DNA of 64,000 bases, taken from the human T2T-CHM13v2.0 reference genome, Homo sapiens. Both the position numbers and the translations under genes were made by a program. The stretch is from NCBI RefSeq assembly GCF_009914755.1, contig NC_060935.1; one strand, 5' to 3'. Shown in pieces: positions 26,980 through 40,200 of the stretch; the first letter of the stretch is position 1, and each line of letters opens with the position of its first letter. The notes below the pieces were generated by a model. The model was not told the DNA's origin. It did not search any database and was given only the letters and a program-made list of their open reading frames with translations.

Positions 26980-29900
26980 TTTTTCTAGAATCTGCAAGTG
27001 GACATTTGGAGGGCTTTGAGGCCTGTGGTGGAAAAGGAAAATCTTCACATAAAAACTAGATGGAAGCATTCTCAGAAACTACTTTGTGATGATTGCATTC
27101 GACTCACAGAGTTGAACATTCCTATAGATAGAGCAGGTTGTAAACAATCTTTTTGTAGAATCTGCGATTGGAGATTTGGATTGCTTTGAGGCCTACTGTA
27201 GTAAAGGAAATAACTTCATCTAAAAACCAAACGGAAGCATTCACAGAAAATTCTTAGTGATCATTGCATTGAACTAACAGAGGTGAACATTCCTTTAGAT
27301 GGCGCAGTTTCCAAACACACTTTCTGTAGAATCTGCAAGTGGATATTTGGACCTCTCTGAGGATTTCGTTGGAAACGGGATAAACTTCCCAGAACTACAC
27401 GGAAGCATTGTGAGAAACTTCTTTGTGATGTTTGCATTCAACTCACAGAGTTGAACCTTGCTTTCATAGTTCAGCTTTCAAACACTCTTTTTGTAGAATC
27501 TGCAAGTGGATATTTGGACCACTTTGTGACCTTCCTTCGAAACGGGTATATCTTCACATCAAACCTAGACAGAAGCATTCTCAGAATGTTTCCTGTGATG
27601 ACTGCATTCAACTCACAGAGGTGAACAATCCTGCTGATGGAGCAGTTTTGAAACTCTCTTTCTTTGGATTCTGCAAGTGGATATGTGGACCTCTGTGAAG
27701 ATTTCGTTGGAAACGGGTTCATCTTCACAGAAAAACTAAACAGGAGCATTCTCAGAAACTGCTTTGTGATGTTTGTGTTCCACTTTAAGAATTGAACTTT
27801 CCTCTTGACAGAGCAGCTCTGAAACCCTCTTTTTCTAGAATCTGCAAGTGGACATTTGGAGGGCTTTGAGGCCTGTGGTGGAAAAGGAAAATCTTCACAT
27901 AAAAACTAGATGGAAGCATTCTCAGAAACTACTTTGTGATGATTGCATTCGACTCACAGAGTTGAACATTCCTATAGATAGAGCAGGTTGTAAACAATCT
28001 TTTTGTAGAATCTGCGATTGGAGATTTGGACTGCTTTGAGGCCTACTGTAGTAAAGGAAATAACTTCATCTAAAAACCAAACGGAAGCATTCACAGACAA
28101 TTCTTAGTGATCATTGCATTGAAATAACAGAGCTGAACATTCCTTTAGATGGAGCAGTTTCCAAACCCACTTTCTGTAGAATCTTCAAGTGGATATTTGG
28201 ACTTCTCTGAGGATTTCGTTGGAAACGGGATAAACTTCCCAGAACTACACGGAAGCATTGTGAGAAACTTCTTTGTGATGTTTGCATTCAACTCACAGAG
28301 TTGAACCTTGCTTTCATAGTTCAGCTTTCAAACACTCTTTTTGTAGAATCTGCAAGTGGATATTTGGACCACTTTGTGGCCTTCCTTCGAAACGGGTATA
28401 TCTTCCCATCAAACCTAGACAGAAGCATTCTCAGAATGTTTCCTGTGAAGACTGCATTCAACTCACAGAGGTGAACAATCCTGTTGATGGAGCACTTTTG
28501 AAACTCTCTTTCTTTGGATTCTGCAAGTTGATATGTGGACCTCTGTGAAGATTTCGTTGGAAACGGGTTCATCTTCACAGAAAAACTAAACAGAAGCATT
28601 CTCAGAAACTACTTTGTGATGTTTGTGTTCCACTTCTAGAATTGAACTTTCCTCTTGACAGAGCAGCTCTGAAACCCTCTTTTTCTAGAATCTGCAAGTG
28701 GACATTTGGAGGGCTTTGAGGCCTGTGGTGGAAAAGGAAAATCTTCACATAAAAACTAGATGGAAGCATTCTCAGAAACTACTTTGTGATGATTGCATTC
28801 GACTCACAGAGTTGAACATTCCTATAGATAGAGCAGGTTGTAAACAATCTTTTTGTAGAATCTGCGATTGGAGATTTGGACTGCTTTGAGGCCTACTGTA
28901 GTAAAGGAAATAACTTCATCTAAAAACCAAACGGAAGCATTCACAGACAATTCTTAGTGATCATTGCATTCAACTAACAGAGCTGAACATTCCTTTAGAT
29001 GGCGCAGTTTCCAAACACACTTTCTGTAGAATCTGCAAGTGGATATTTGGACCTCTCTGAGGATTTCGTTGGAAACGGGATAAACTTCCCAGAACTACAC
29101 GGAAGCATGCTGAGAAACTTCTTTGTGATGTTTGCATTCAACTCACAGAGTTGAACCTTGCTTTCATAGTTCAGCTTTCAAACACTCTTTTTGTAGAATC
29201 TGCAAGTGGATATTTGGACCACTTTGTGGCCTTCCTTCGAAACGGGTATATCTTCACATCAAACCTAGACAGAAGCATTCTCAGAATGTTTCCTGTGATG
29301 ACTGCATTCAACTCACAGAGGTGAACAATCCTGCTGATGGAGCAATTTTGAAACTCTCTTTCTTTGGATTCTGCAAGTGGATATGTGGACCTCTGTGAAG
29401 ATTTCGTTGGAAACGGGTTCATCTTCACAGAAAAACTAAACAGAAGCATTCTCAGAAACTGCTTTGTGATGTTTGTGTTCCACTTCAGGAATTGAACTTT
29501 CCTCTTGACAGAGCAGCTCTGAAACCCTCTTATTCTAGAATCTGCAAGTGGACATTTGGAGGGCTTTGAGGCCTGTGGTGGAAAAGGAAAATCTTCACAT
29601 AAAAACTAGATGGAAGCATTCTCAGAAACTACTTTGTGATGATTGCATTCGACTCACAGAGTTGAACATTCCTATAGATAGAGCAGGTTGTAAACAATCT
29701 TTTTGTAGAATCTGCGATTGGAGATTTGGACTGCTTTGAGGCCTACTGTAGTAAAGGAAATAACTTCATCTAAAAACCAAACGGAAGCATTCACAGACAA
29801 TTCTTAGTGATCATTGCATTGAACTAACAGAGCTGAACATTCCTTTAGATGGCGCAGTTTCCAAACACACTTTCTGTAGAATCTGCAAGTGGATATTTGG

Positions 29901-32900
29901 ACCTCTCTGAGGATTTCGTTGGAAACGGGATAAACTTCCCAGAACTACACGGAAGCATTGTGAGAAACTTCTTTGTGATGTTTGCATTCAACTCACAGAG
30001 TTGAAACTTGCTTTCATAGTTCAGCTTTCAAACACTCTTTTTGTAGAATCTGCAAGTGGATATTTGGACCACTTTGTGGCCTTCCTTCGAAACGGGTATA
30101 TCTTCACATCAAACCTAGACATAAGCATTCTCAGAATGTTTCCTGTGAAGACTGCATTCAACTCACAGAGATGAACAATCCTGTTGATGGAGCACTTTGG
30201 AAACTCTCTTTCTTTGGATTCTGCAAGTTGATATGTGGACCTCTGTGAAGATTTCGTTGGAAACGGGTTCATCTTCACAGAAAAACTAAACAGAAGCATT
30301 CTCAAAAACTACTTTGTGATGTTTGTGTTCCACTTCAAGAATTGAACTTTCCTCTTGAGAGAGCAGTTCTGAAAACCTCTTTTTCTAGAATCTGCAAGTG
30401 GACATTTGGAGGGCTTTGAGGCCTGTGGTGGAAAAGGAAAATCTTCACATAAAAACTAGATGGAAGCATTCTCAGAAACTACTTTGTGATGATTGCATTC
30501 GACTCACAGAGTTGAACATTCCTATAGATAGAGCAGGTTGTAAACAATCTTTTTGTAGAATCTGCGATTGGAGATTTGGATTGCTTTGAGGCCTACTGTA
30601 GTAAAGGAAATAACTTCATCTAAAAACCAAACGGAAGCATTCACAGAAAATTCTTAGTGATCATTGCATTGAACTAACAGAGGTGAACATTCCTTTAGAT
30701 GGCGCAGTTTCCAAACACACTTTCTGTAGAATCTGCAAGTGGATATTTGGACCTCTCTGAGGATTTCGTTGGAAACGGGATAAACTTCCCAGAACTACAC
30801 GGAAGCATTGTGAGAAACTTCTTTGTGATGTTTGCATTCAACTCACAGAGTTGAACCTTGCTTTCATAGTTCAGCTTTCAAACACTCTTTTTGTAGAATC
30901 TGCAAGTGGATATTTGGACCACTTTGTGACCTTCCTTCGAAACGGGTATATCTTCACATCAAACCTAGACAGAAGCATTCTCAGAATGTTTCCTGTGATG
31001 ACTGCATTCAACTCACAGAGGTGAACAATCCTGCTGATGGAGCAGTTTTGAAACTCTCTTTCTTTGGATTCTGCAAGTGGATATGTGGACCTCTGTGAAG
31101 ATTTCGTTGGAAACGGGTTCATCTTCACAGAAAAACTAAACAGGAGCATTCTCAGAAACTGCTTTGTGATGTTTGTGTTCCACTTTAAGAATTGAACTTT
31201 CCTCTTGACAGAGCAGCTCTGAAACCCTCTTTTTCTAGAATCTGCAAGTGGACATTTGGAGGGCTTTGAGGCCTGTGGTGGAAAAGGAAAATCTTCACAT
31301 AAAAACTAGATGGAAGCATTCTCAGAAACTACTTTGTGATGATTGCATTCGACTCACAGAGTTGAACATTCCTATAGATAGAGCAGGTTGTAAACAATCT
31401 TTTTGTAGAATCTGCGATTGGAGATTTGGACTGCTTTGAGGCCTACTGTAGTAAAGGAAATAACTTCATCTAAAAACCAAACGGAAGCATTCACAGACAA
31501 TTCTTAGTGATCATTGCATTGAAATAACAGAGCTGAACATTCCTTTAGATGGAGCAGTTTCCAAACCCACTTTCTGTAGAATCTTCAAGTGGATATTTGG
31601 ACTTCTCTGAGGATTTCGTTGGAAACGGGATAAACTTCCCAGAACTACACGGAAGCATTGTGAGAAACTTCTTTGTGATGTTTGCATTCAACTCACAGAG
31701 TTGAACCTTGCTTTCATAGTTCAGCTTTCAAACACTCTTTTTGTAGAATCTGCAAGTGGATATTTGGACCACTTTGTGGCCTTCCTTCGAAACGGGTATA
31801 TCTTCCCATCAAACCTAGACAGAAGCATTCTCAGAATGTTTCCTGTGAAGACTGCATTCAACTCACAGAGGTGAACAATCCTGTTGATGGAGCACTTTTG
31901 AAACTCTCTTTCTTTGGATTCTGCAAGTTGATATGTGGACCTCTGTGAAGATTTCGTTGGAAACGGGTTCATCTTCACAGAAAAACTAAACAGAAGCATT
32001 CTCAGAAACTACTTTGTGATGTTTGTGTTCCACTTCTAGAATTGAACTTTCCTCTTGACAGAGCAGCTCTGAAACCCTCTTTTTCTAGAATCTGCAAGTG
32101 GACATTTGGAGGGCTTTGAGGCCTGTGGTGGAAAAGGAAAATCTTCACATAAAAACTAGATGGAAGCATTCTCAGAAACTACTTTGTGATGATTGCATTC
32201 GACTCACAGAGTTGAACATTCCTATAGATAGAGCAGGTTGTAAACAATCTTTTTGTAGAATCTGCGATTGGAGATTTGGACTGCTTTGAGGCCTACTGTA
32301 GTAAAGGAAATAACTTCATCTAAAAACCAAACGGAAGCATTCACAGACAATTCTTAGTGATCATTGCATTCAACTAACAGAGCTGAACATTCCTTTAGAT
32401 GGCGCAGTTTCCAAACACACTTTCTGTAGAATCTGCAAGTGGATATTTGGACCTCTCTGAGGATTTCGTTGGAAACGGGATAAACTTCCCAGAACTACAC
32501 GGAAGCATGCTGAGAAACTTCTTTGTGATGTTTGCATTCAACTCACAGAGTTGAACCTTGCTTTCATAGTTCAGCTTTCAAACACTCTTTTTGTAGAATC
32601 TGCAAGTGGATATTTGGACCACTTTGTGGCCTTCCTTCGAAACGGGTATATCTTCACATCAAACCTAGACAGAAGCATTCTCAGAATGTTTCCTGTGATG
32701 ACTGCATTCAACTCACAGAGGTGAACAATCCTGCTGATGGAGCAATTTTGAAACTCTCTTTCTTTGGATTCTGCAAGTGGATATGTGGACCTCTGTGAAG
32801 ATTTCGTTGGAAACGGGTTCATCTTCACAGAAAAACTAAACAGAAGCATTCTCAGAAACTGCTTTGTGATGTTTGTGTTCCACTTCAGGAATTGAACTTT

Positions 32901-35900
32901 CCTCTTGACAGAGCAGCTCTGAAACCCTCTTATTCTAGAATCTGCAAGTGGACATTTGGAGGGCTTTGAGGCCTGTGGTGGAAAAGGAAAATCTTCACAT
33001 AAAAACTAGATGGAAGCATTCTCAGAAACTACTTTGTGATGATTGCATTCGACTCACAGAGTTGAACATTCCTATAGATAGAGCAGGTTGTAAACAATCT
33101 TTTTGTAGAATCTGCGATTGGAGATTTGGACTGCTTTGAGGCCTACTGTAGTAAAGGAAATAACTTCATCTAAAAACCAAACGGAAGCATTCACAGACAA
33201 TTCTTAGTGATCATTGCATTGAACTAACAGAGCTGAACATTCCTTTAGATGGCGCAGTTTCCAAACACACTTTCTGTAGAATCTGCAAGTGGATATTTGG
33301 ACCTCTCTGAGGATTTCGTTGGAAACGGGATAAACTTCCCAGAACTACACGGAAGCATGCTGAGAAACTTCTTTGTGATGTTTGCATTCAACTCACAGAG
33401 TTGAAACTTGCTTTCATAGTTCAGCTTTCAAACACTCTTTTTGTAGAATCTGCAAGTGGATATTTGGACCACTTTGTGGCCTTCCTTCGAAACGGGTATA
33501 TCTTCACATCAAACCTAGACATAAGCATTCTCAGAATGTTTCCTGTGAAGACTGCATTCAACTCACAGAGATGAACAATCCTGTTGATGGAGCACTTTGG
33601 AAACTCTCTTTCTTTGGATTCTGCAAGTTGATATGTGGACCTCTGTGAAGATTTCGTTGGAAACGGGTTCATCTTCACAGAAAAACTAAACAGAAGCATT
33701 CTCAAAAACTACTTTGTGATGTTTGTGTTCCACTTCAAGAATTGAACTTTCCTCTTGAGAGAGCAGTTCTGAAAACCTCTTTTTCTAGAATCTGCAAGTG
33801 GACATTTGGAGGGCTTTGAGGCCTGTGGTGGAAAAGGAAAATCTTCACATAAAAACTAGATGGAAGCATTCTCAGAAACTACTTTGTGATGATTGCATTC
33901 GACTCACAGAGTTGAACATTCCTATAGATAGAGCAGGTTGTAAACAATCTTTTTGTAGAATCTGCGATTGGAGATTTGGATTGCTTTGAGGCCTACTGTA
34001 GTAAAGGAAATAACTTCATCTAAAAACCAAACGGAAGCATTCACAGAAAATTCTTAGTGATCATTGCATTGAACTAACAGAGGTGAACATTCCTTTAGAT
34101 GGCGCAGTTTCCAAACACACTTTCTGTAGAATCTGCAAGTGGATATTTGGACCTCTCTGAGGATTTCGTTGGAAACGGGATAAACTTCCCAGAACTACAC
34201 GGAAGCATTGTGAGAAACTTCTTTGTGATGTTTGCATTCAACTCACAGAGTTGAACCTTGCTTTCATAGTTCAGCTTTCAAACACTCTTTTTGTAGAATC
34301 TGCAAGTGGATATTTGGACCACTTTGTGACCTTCCTTCGAAACGGGTATATCTTCACATCAAACCTAGACAGAAGCATTCTCAGAATGTTTCCTGTGATG
34401 ACTGCATTCAACTCACAGAGGTGAACAATCCTGCTGATGGAGCAGTTTTGAAACTCTCTTTCTTTGGATTCTGCAAGTGGATATGTGGACCTCTGTGAAG
34501 ATTTCGTTGGAAACGGGTTCATCTTCACAGAAAAACTAAACAGGAGCATTCTCAGAAACTGCTTTGTGATGTTTGTGTTCCACTTTAAGAATTGAACTTT
34601 CCTCTTGACAGAGCAGCTCTGAAACCCTCTTTTTCTAGAATCTGCAAGTGGACATTTGGAGGGCTTTGAGGCCTGTGGTGGAAAAGGAAAATCTTCACAT
34701 AAAAACTAGATGGAAGCATTCTCAGAAACTACTTTGTGATGATTGCATTCGACGCACAGAGTTGAACATTCCTATAGATAGAGCAGGTTGTAAACAATCT
34801 TTTTGTAGAATCTGCGATTGGAGATTTGGACTGCTTTGAGGCCTACTGTAGTAAAGGAAATAACTTCATCTAAAAACCAAACGGAAGCATTCACAGACAA
34901 TTCTTAGTGATCATTGCATTGAACTAACAGAGCTGAACATTCCTTTAGATGGAGCAGTTTCCAAACCCACTTTCTGTAGAATCTTCAAGTGGATATTTGG
35001 ACTTCTCTGAGGATTTCGTTGGAAACGGGATAAACTTCCCAGAACCACACGGAAGCATTGTGAGAAACTTCTTTGTGATGTTTGCATTCAACTCACAGAG
35101 TTGAACCTTGCTTTCATAGTTCAGCTTTCAAACACTCTTTTTGTAGAATCTGCAAGTGGATATTTGGACCACTTTGTGGCCTTCCTTCGAAACGGGTATA
35201 TCTTCCCATCAAACCTAGACAGAAGCATTCTCAGAATGTTTCCTGTGATGACTGCATTCAACTCACAGAGGTGAACAATCCTGTTGATGGAGCACTTTTG
35301 AAAATCTCTTTCTTTGGATTCTGCAAGTTGATATGTGGACCTCTGTGAAGATTTCGTTGGAAACGGGTTCATCTTCACAGAAAAACTAAACAGAAGCATT
35401 CTCAAAAACTACTTTGTGATGTTTGTGTTCCACTTCTAGAATTGAACTTTCCTCTTGACAGAGCAGCTCTGAAACCCTCTTTTTCTAGAATCTGCAAGTG
35501 GACATTTGGAGGGCTTTGAGGCCTGTGGTGGAAAAGGAAAATCTTCACATAAAAACTAGATGGAAGCATTCTCAGAAACTACTTTGTGATGATTGCATTC
35601 GACTCACAGAGTTGAACATTCCTATAGATAGAGCAGGTTGTAAACAATCTTTTTGTAGAATCTGCGATTGGAGATTTGGACTGCTTTGAGGCCTACTGTA
35701 GTAAAGGAAATAACTTCATCTAAAAACCAAACGGAAGCATTCACAGACAATTCTTAGTGATCATTGCATTCAACTAACAGAGCTGAACATTCCTTTAGAT
35801 GGCGCAGTTTCCAAACACACTTTCTGTAGAATCTGCAAGTGGATATTTGGACCTCTCTGAGGATTTCGTTGGAAACGGGATAAACTTCCCAGAACTACAC

Positions 35901-38900
35901 GGAAGCATGCTGAGAAACTTCTTTGTGATGTTTGCATTCAACTCACAGAGTTGAACCTTGCTTTCATAGTTCAGCTTTCAAACACTCTTTTTGTAGAATC
36001 TGCAAGTGGATATTTGGACCACTTTGTGGCCTTCCTTCGAAACGGGTATATCTTCACATCAAACCTAGACAGAAGCATTCTCAGAATGTTTCCTGTGATG
36101 ACTGCATTCAACTCACAGAGGTGAACAATCCTGCTGATGGAGCAATTTTGAAACTCTCTTTCTTTGGATTCTGCAAGTGGATATGTGGACCTCTGTGAAG
36201 ATTTCGTTGGAAACGGGTTCATCTTCACAGAAAAACTAAACAGAAGCATTCTCAGAAACTGCTTTGTGATGTTTGTGTTCCACTTCAGGAATTGAACTTT
36301 CCTCTTGACAGAGCAGCTCTGAAACCCTCTTATTCTAGAATCTGCAAGTGGACATTTGGAGGGCTTTGAGGCCTGTGGTGGAAAAGGAAAATCTTCACAT
36401 AAAAACTAGATGGAAGCATTCTCAGAAACTACTTTGTGATGATTGCATTCGACTCACAGAGTTGAACATTCCTATAGATAGAGCAGGTTGTAAACAATCT
36501 TTTTGTAGAATCTGCGATTGGAGATTTGGACTGCTTTGAGGCCTACTGTAGTAAAGGAAATAACTTCATCTAAAAACCAAACGGAAGCATTCACAGACAA
36601 TTCTTAGTGATCATTGCATTGAACTAACAGAGCTGAACATTCCTTTAGATGGCGCAGTTTCCAAACACACTTTCTGTAGAATCTGCAAGTGGATATTTGG
36701 ACTTCTCTGAGGATTTCGTTGGAAACGGGATAAACTTCCCAGAACTACACGGAAGCATTGTGAGAAACTTCTTTGTGATGTTTGCATTCAACTCACAGAG
36801 TTGAAACTTGCTTTCATAGTTCAGCTTTCAAACACTCTTTTTGTAGAATCTGCAAGTGGATATTTGGACCACTTTGTGGCCTTCCTTCGAAACGGGTATA
36901 TCTTCACATCAAACCTAGACATAAGCATTCTCAGAATGTTTCCTGTGAAGACTGCATTCAACTCACAGAGATGAACAATCCTGTTGATGGAGCACTTTGG
37001 AAACTCTCTTTCTTTGGATTCTGCAAGTTGATATGTGGACCTCTGTGAAGATTTCGTTGGAAACGGGTTCATCTTCACAGAAAAACTAAACAGAAGCATT
37101 CTCAAAAACTACTTTGTGATGTTTGTGTTCCACTTCAAGAATTGAACTTTCCTCTTGAGAGAGCAGTTCTGAAAACCTCTTTTTCTAGAATCTGCAAGTG
37201 GACATTTGGAGGGCTTTGAGGCCTGTGGTGGAAAAGGAAAATCTTCACATAAAAACTAGATGGAAGCATTCTCAGAAACTACTTTGTGATGATTGCATTC
37301 GACTCACAGAGTTGAACATTCCTATAGATAGAGCAGGTTGTAAACAATCTTTTTGTAGAATCTGCGATTGGAGATTTGGATTGCTTTGAGGCCTACTGTA
37401 GTAAAGGAAATAACTTCATCTAAAAACCAAACGGAAGCATTCACAGAAAATTCTTAGTGATCATTGCATTGAACTAACAGAGGTGAACATTCCTTTAGAT
37501 GGCGCAGTTTCCAAACACACTTTCTGTAGAATCTGCAAGTGGATATTTGGACCTCTCTGAGGATTTCGTTGGAAACGGGATAAACTTCCCAGAACTACAC
37601 GGAAGCATTGTGAGAAACTTCTTTGTGATGTTTGCATTCAACTCACAGAGTTGAACCTTGCTTTCATAGTTCAGCTTTCAAACACTCTTTTTGTAGAATC
37701 TGCAAGTGGATATTTGGACCACTTTGTGACCTTCCTTCGAAACGGGTATATCTTCACATCAAACCTAGACAGAAGCATTCTCAGAATGTTTCCTGTGATG
37801 ACTGCATTCAACTCACAGAGGTGAACAATCCTGCTGATGGAGCAGTTTTGAAACTCTCTTTCTTTGGATTCTGCAAGTGGATATGTGGACCTCTGTGAAG
37901 ATTTCGTTGGAAACGGGTTCATCTTCACAGAAAAACTAAACAGGAGCATTCTCAGAAACTGCTTTGTGATGTTTGTGTTCCACTTTAAGAATTGAACTTT
38001 CCTCTTGACAGAGCAGCTCTGAAACCCTCTTTTTCTAGAATCTGCAAGTGGACATTTGGAGGGCTTTGAGGCCTGTGGTGGAAAAGGAAAATCTTCACAT
38101 AAAAACTAGATGGAAGCATTCTCAGAAACTACTTTGTGATGATTGCATTCGACGCACAGAGTTGAACATTCCTATAGATAGAGCAGGTTGTAAACAATCT
38201 TTTTGTAGAATCTGCGATTGGAGATTTGGACTGCTTTGAGGCCTACTGTAGTAAAGGAAATAACTTCATCTAAAAACCAAACGGAAGCATTCACAGACAA
38301 TTCTTAGTGATCATTGCATTGAACTAACAGAGCTGAACATTCCTTTAGATGGAGCAGTTTCCAAACCCACTTTCTGTAGAATCTTCAAGTGGATATTTGG
38401 ACTTCTCTGAGGATTTCGTTGGAAACGGGATAAACTTCCCAGAACCACACGGAAGCATTGTGAGAAACTTCTTTGTGATGTTTGCATTCAACTCACAGAG
38501 TTGAACCTTGCTTTCATAGTTCAGCTTTCAAACACTCTTTTTGTAGAATCTGCAAGTGGATATTTGGACCACTTTGTGGCCTTCCTTCGAAACGGGTATA
38601 TCTTCCCATCAAACCTAGACAGAAGCATTCTCAGAATGTTTCCTGTGATGACTGCATTCAACTCACAGAGGTGAACAATCCTGTTGACGGAGCACTTTTG
38701 AAACTCTCTTTCTTTGGATTCTGCAAGTTGATATGTGGACCTCTGTGAAGATTTCGTTGGAAACGGGTTCATCTTCACAGAAAAACTAAACAGAAGCATT
38801 CTCAGAAACTACTTTGTGATGTTTGTGTTCCACTTCTAGAATTGAACTTTCCTCTTGACAGAGCAGCTCTGAAACCCTCTTTTTCTAGAATCTGCAAGTG

Positions 38901-40200
38901 GACATTTGGAGGGCTTTGAGGCCTGTGGTGGAAAAGGAAAATCTTCACATAAAAACTAGATGGAAGCATTCTCAGAAACTACTTTGTGATGATTGCATTC
39001 GACTCACAGAGTTGAACATTCCTATAGATAGAGCAGGTTGTAAACAATCTTTTTGTAGAATCTGCGATTGGAGATTTGGACTGCTTTGAGGCCTACTGTA
39101 GTAAAGGAAATAACTTCATCTAAAAACCAAACGGAAGCATTCACAGACAATTCTTAGTGATCATTGCATTCAACTAACAGAGCTGAACATTCCTTTAGAT
39201 GGCGCAGTTTCCAAACACACTTTCTGTAGAATCTGCAAGTGGATATTTGGACCTCTCTGAGGATTTCGTTGGAAACGGGATAAACTTCCCAGAACTACAC
39301 GGAAGCATGCTGAGAAACTTCTTTGTGATGTTTGCATTCAACTCACAGAGTTGAACCTTGCTTTCATAGTTCAGCTTTCAAACACTCTTTTTGTAGAATC
39401 TGCAAGTGGATATTTGGACCACTTTGTGGCCTTCCTTCGAAACGGGTATATCTTCACATCAAACCTAGACAGAAGCATTCTCAGAATGTTTCCTGTGATG
39501 ACTGCATTCAACTCACAGAGGTGAACAATCCTGCTGATGGAGCAATTTTGAAACTCTCTTTCTTTGGATTCTGCAAGTGGATATGTGGACCTCTGTGAAG
39601 ATTTCGTTGGAAACGGGTTCATCTTCACAGAAAAACTAAACAGAAGCATTCTCAGAAACTGCTTTGTGATGTTTGTGTTCCACTTCAGGAATTGAACTTT
39701 CCTCTTGACAGAGCAGCTCTGAAACCCTCTTATTCTAGAATCTGCAAGTGGACATTTGGAGGGCTTTGAGGCCTGTGGTGGAAAAGGAAAATCTTCACAT
39801 AAAAACTAGATGGAAGCATTCTCAGAAACTACTTTGTGATGATTGCATTCGACTCACAGAGTTGAACATTCCTATAGATAGAGCAGGTTGTAAACAATCT
39901 TTTTGTAGAATCTGCGATTGGAGATTTGGACTGCTTTGAGGCCTACTGTAGTAAAGGAAATAACTTCATCTAAAAACCAAACGGAAGCATTCACAGACAA
40001 TTCTTAGTGATCATTGCATTGAACTAACAGAGCTGAACATTCCTTTAGATGGCGCAGTTTCCAAACACACTTTCTGTAGAATCTGCAAGTGGATATTTGG
40101 ACTTCTCTGAGGATTTCGTTGGAAACGGGATAAACTTCCCAGAACTACACGGAAGCATTGTGAGAAACTTCTTTGTGATGTTTGCATTCAACTCACAGAG
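26980..40200 (+). repeat. Super-HOR block: ~3.9 tandem copies of a 4-HOR unit (3400 bp)
   Basis: TTTGTGAC at 27529/30929/34329/37729, GCATTCAACTAAC at 28971/32371/35771/39171 and TTGAAACTTG at 30006/33406/36806. Boundaries are approximate. Confidence 0.92.
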
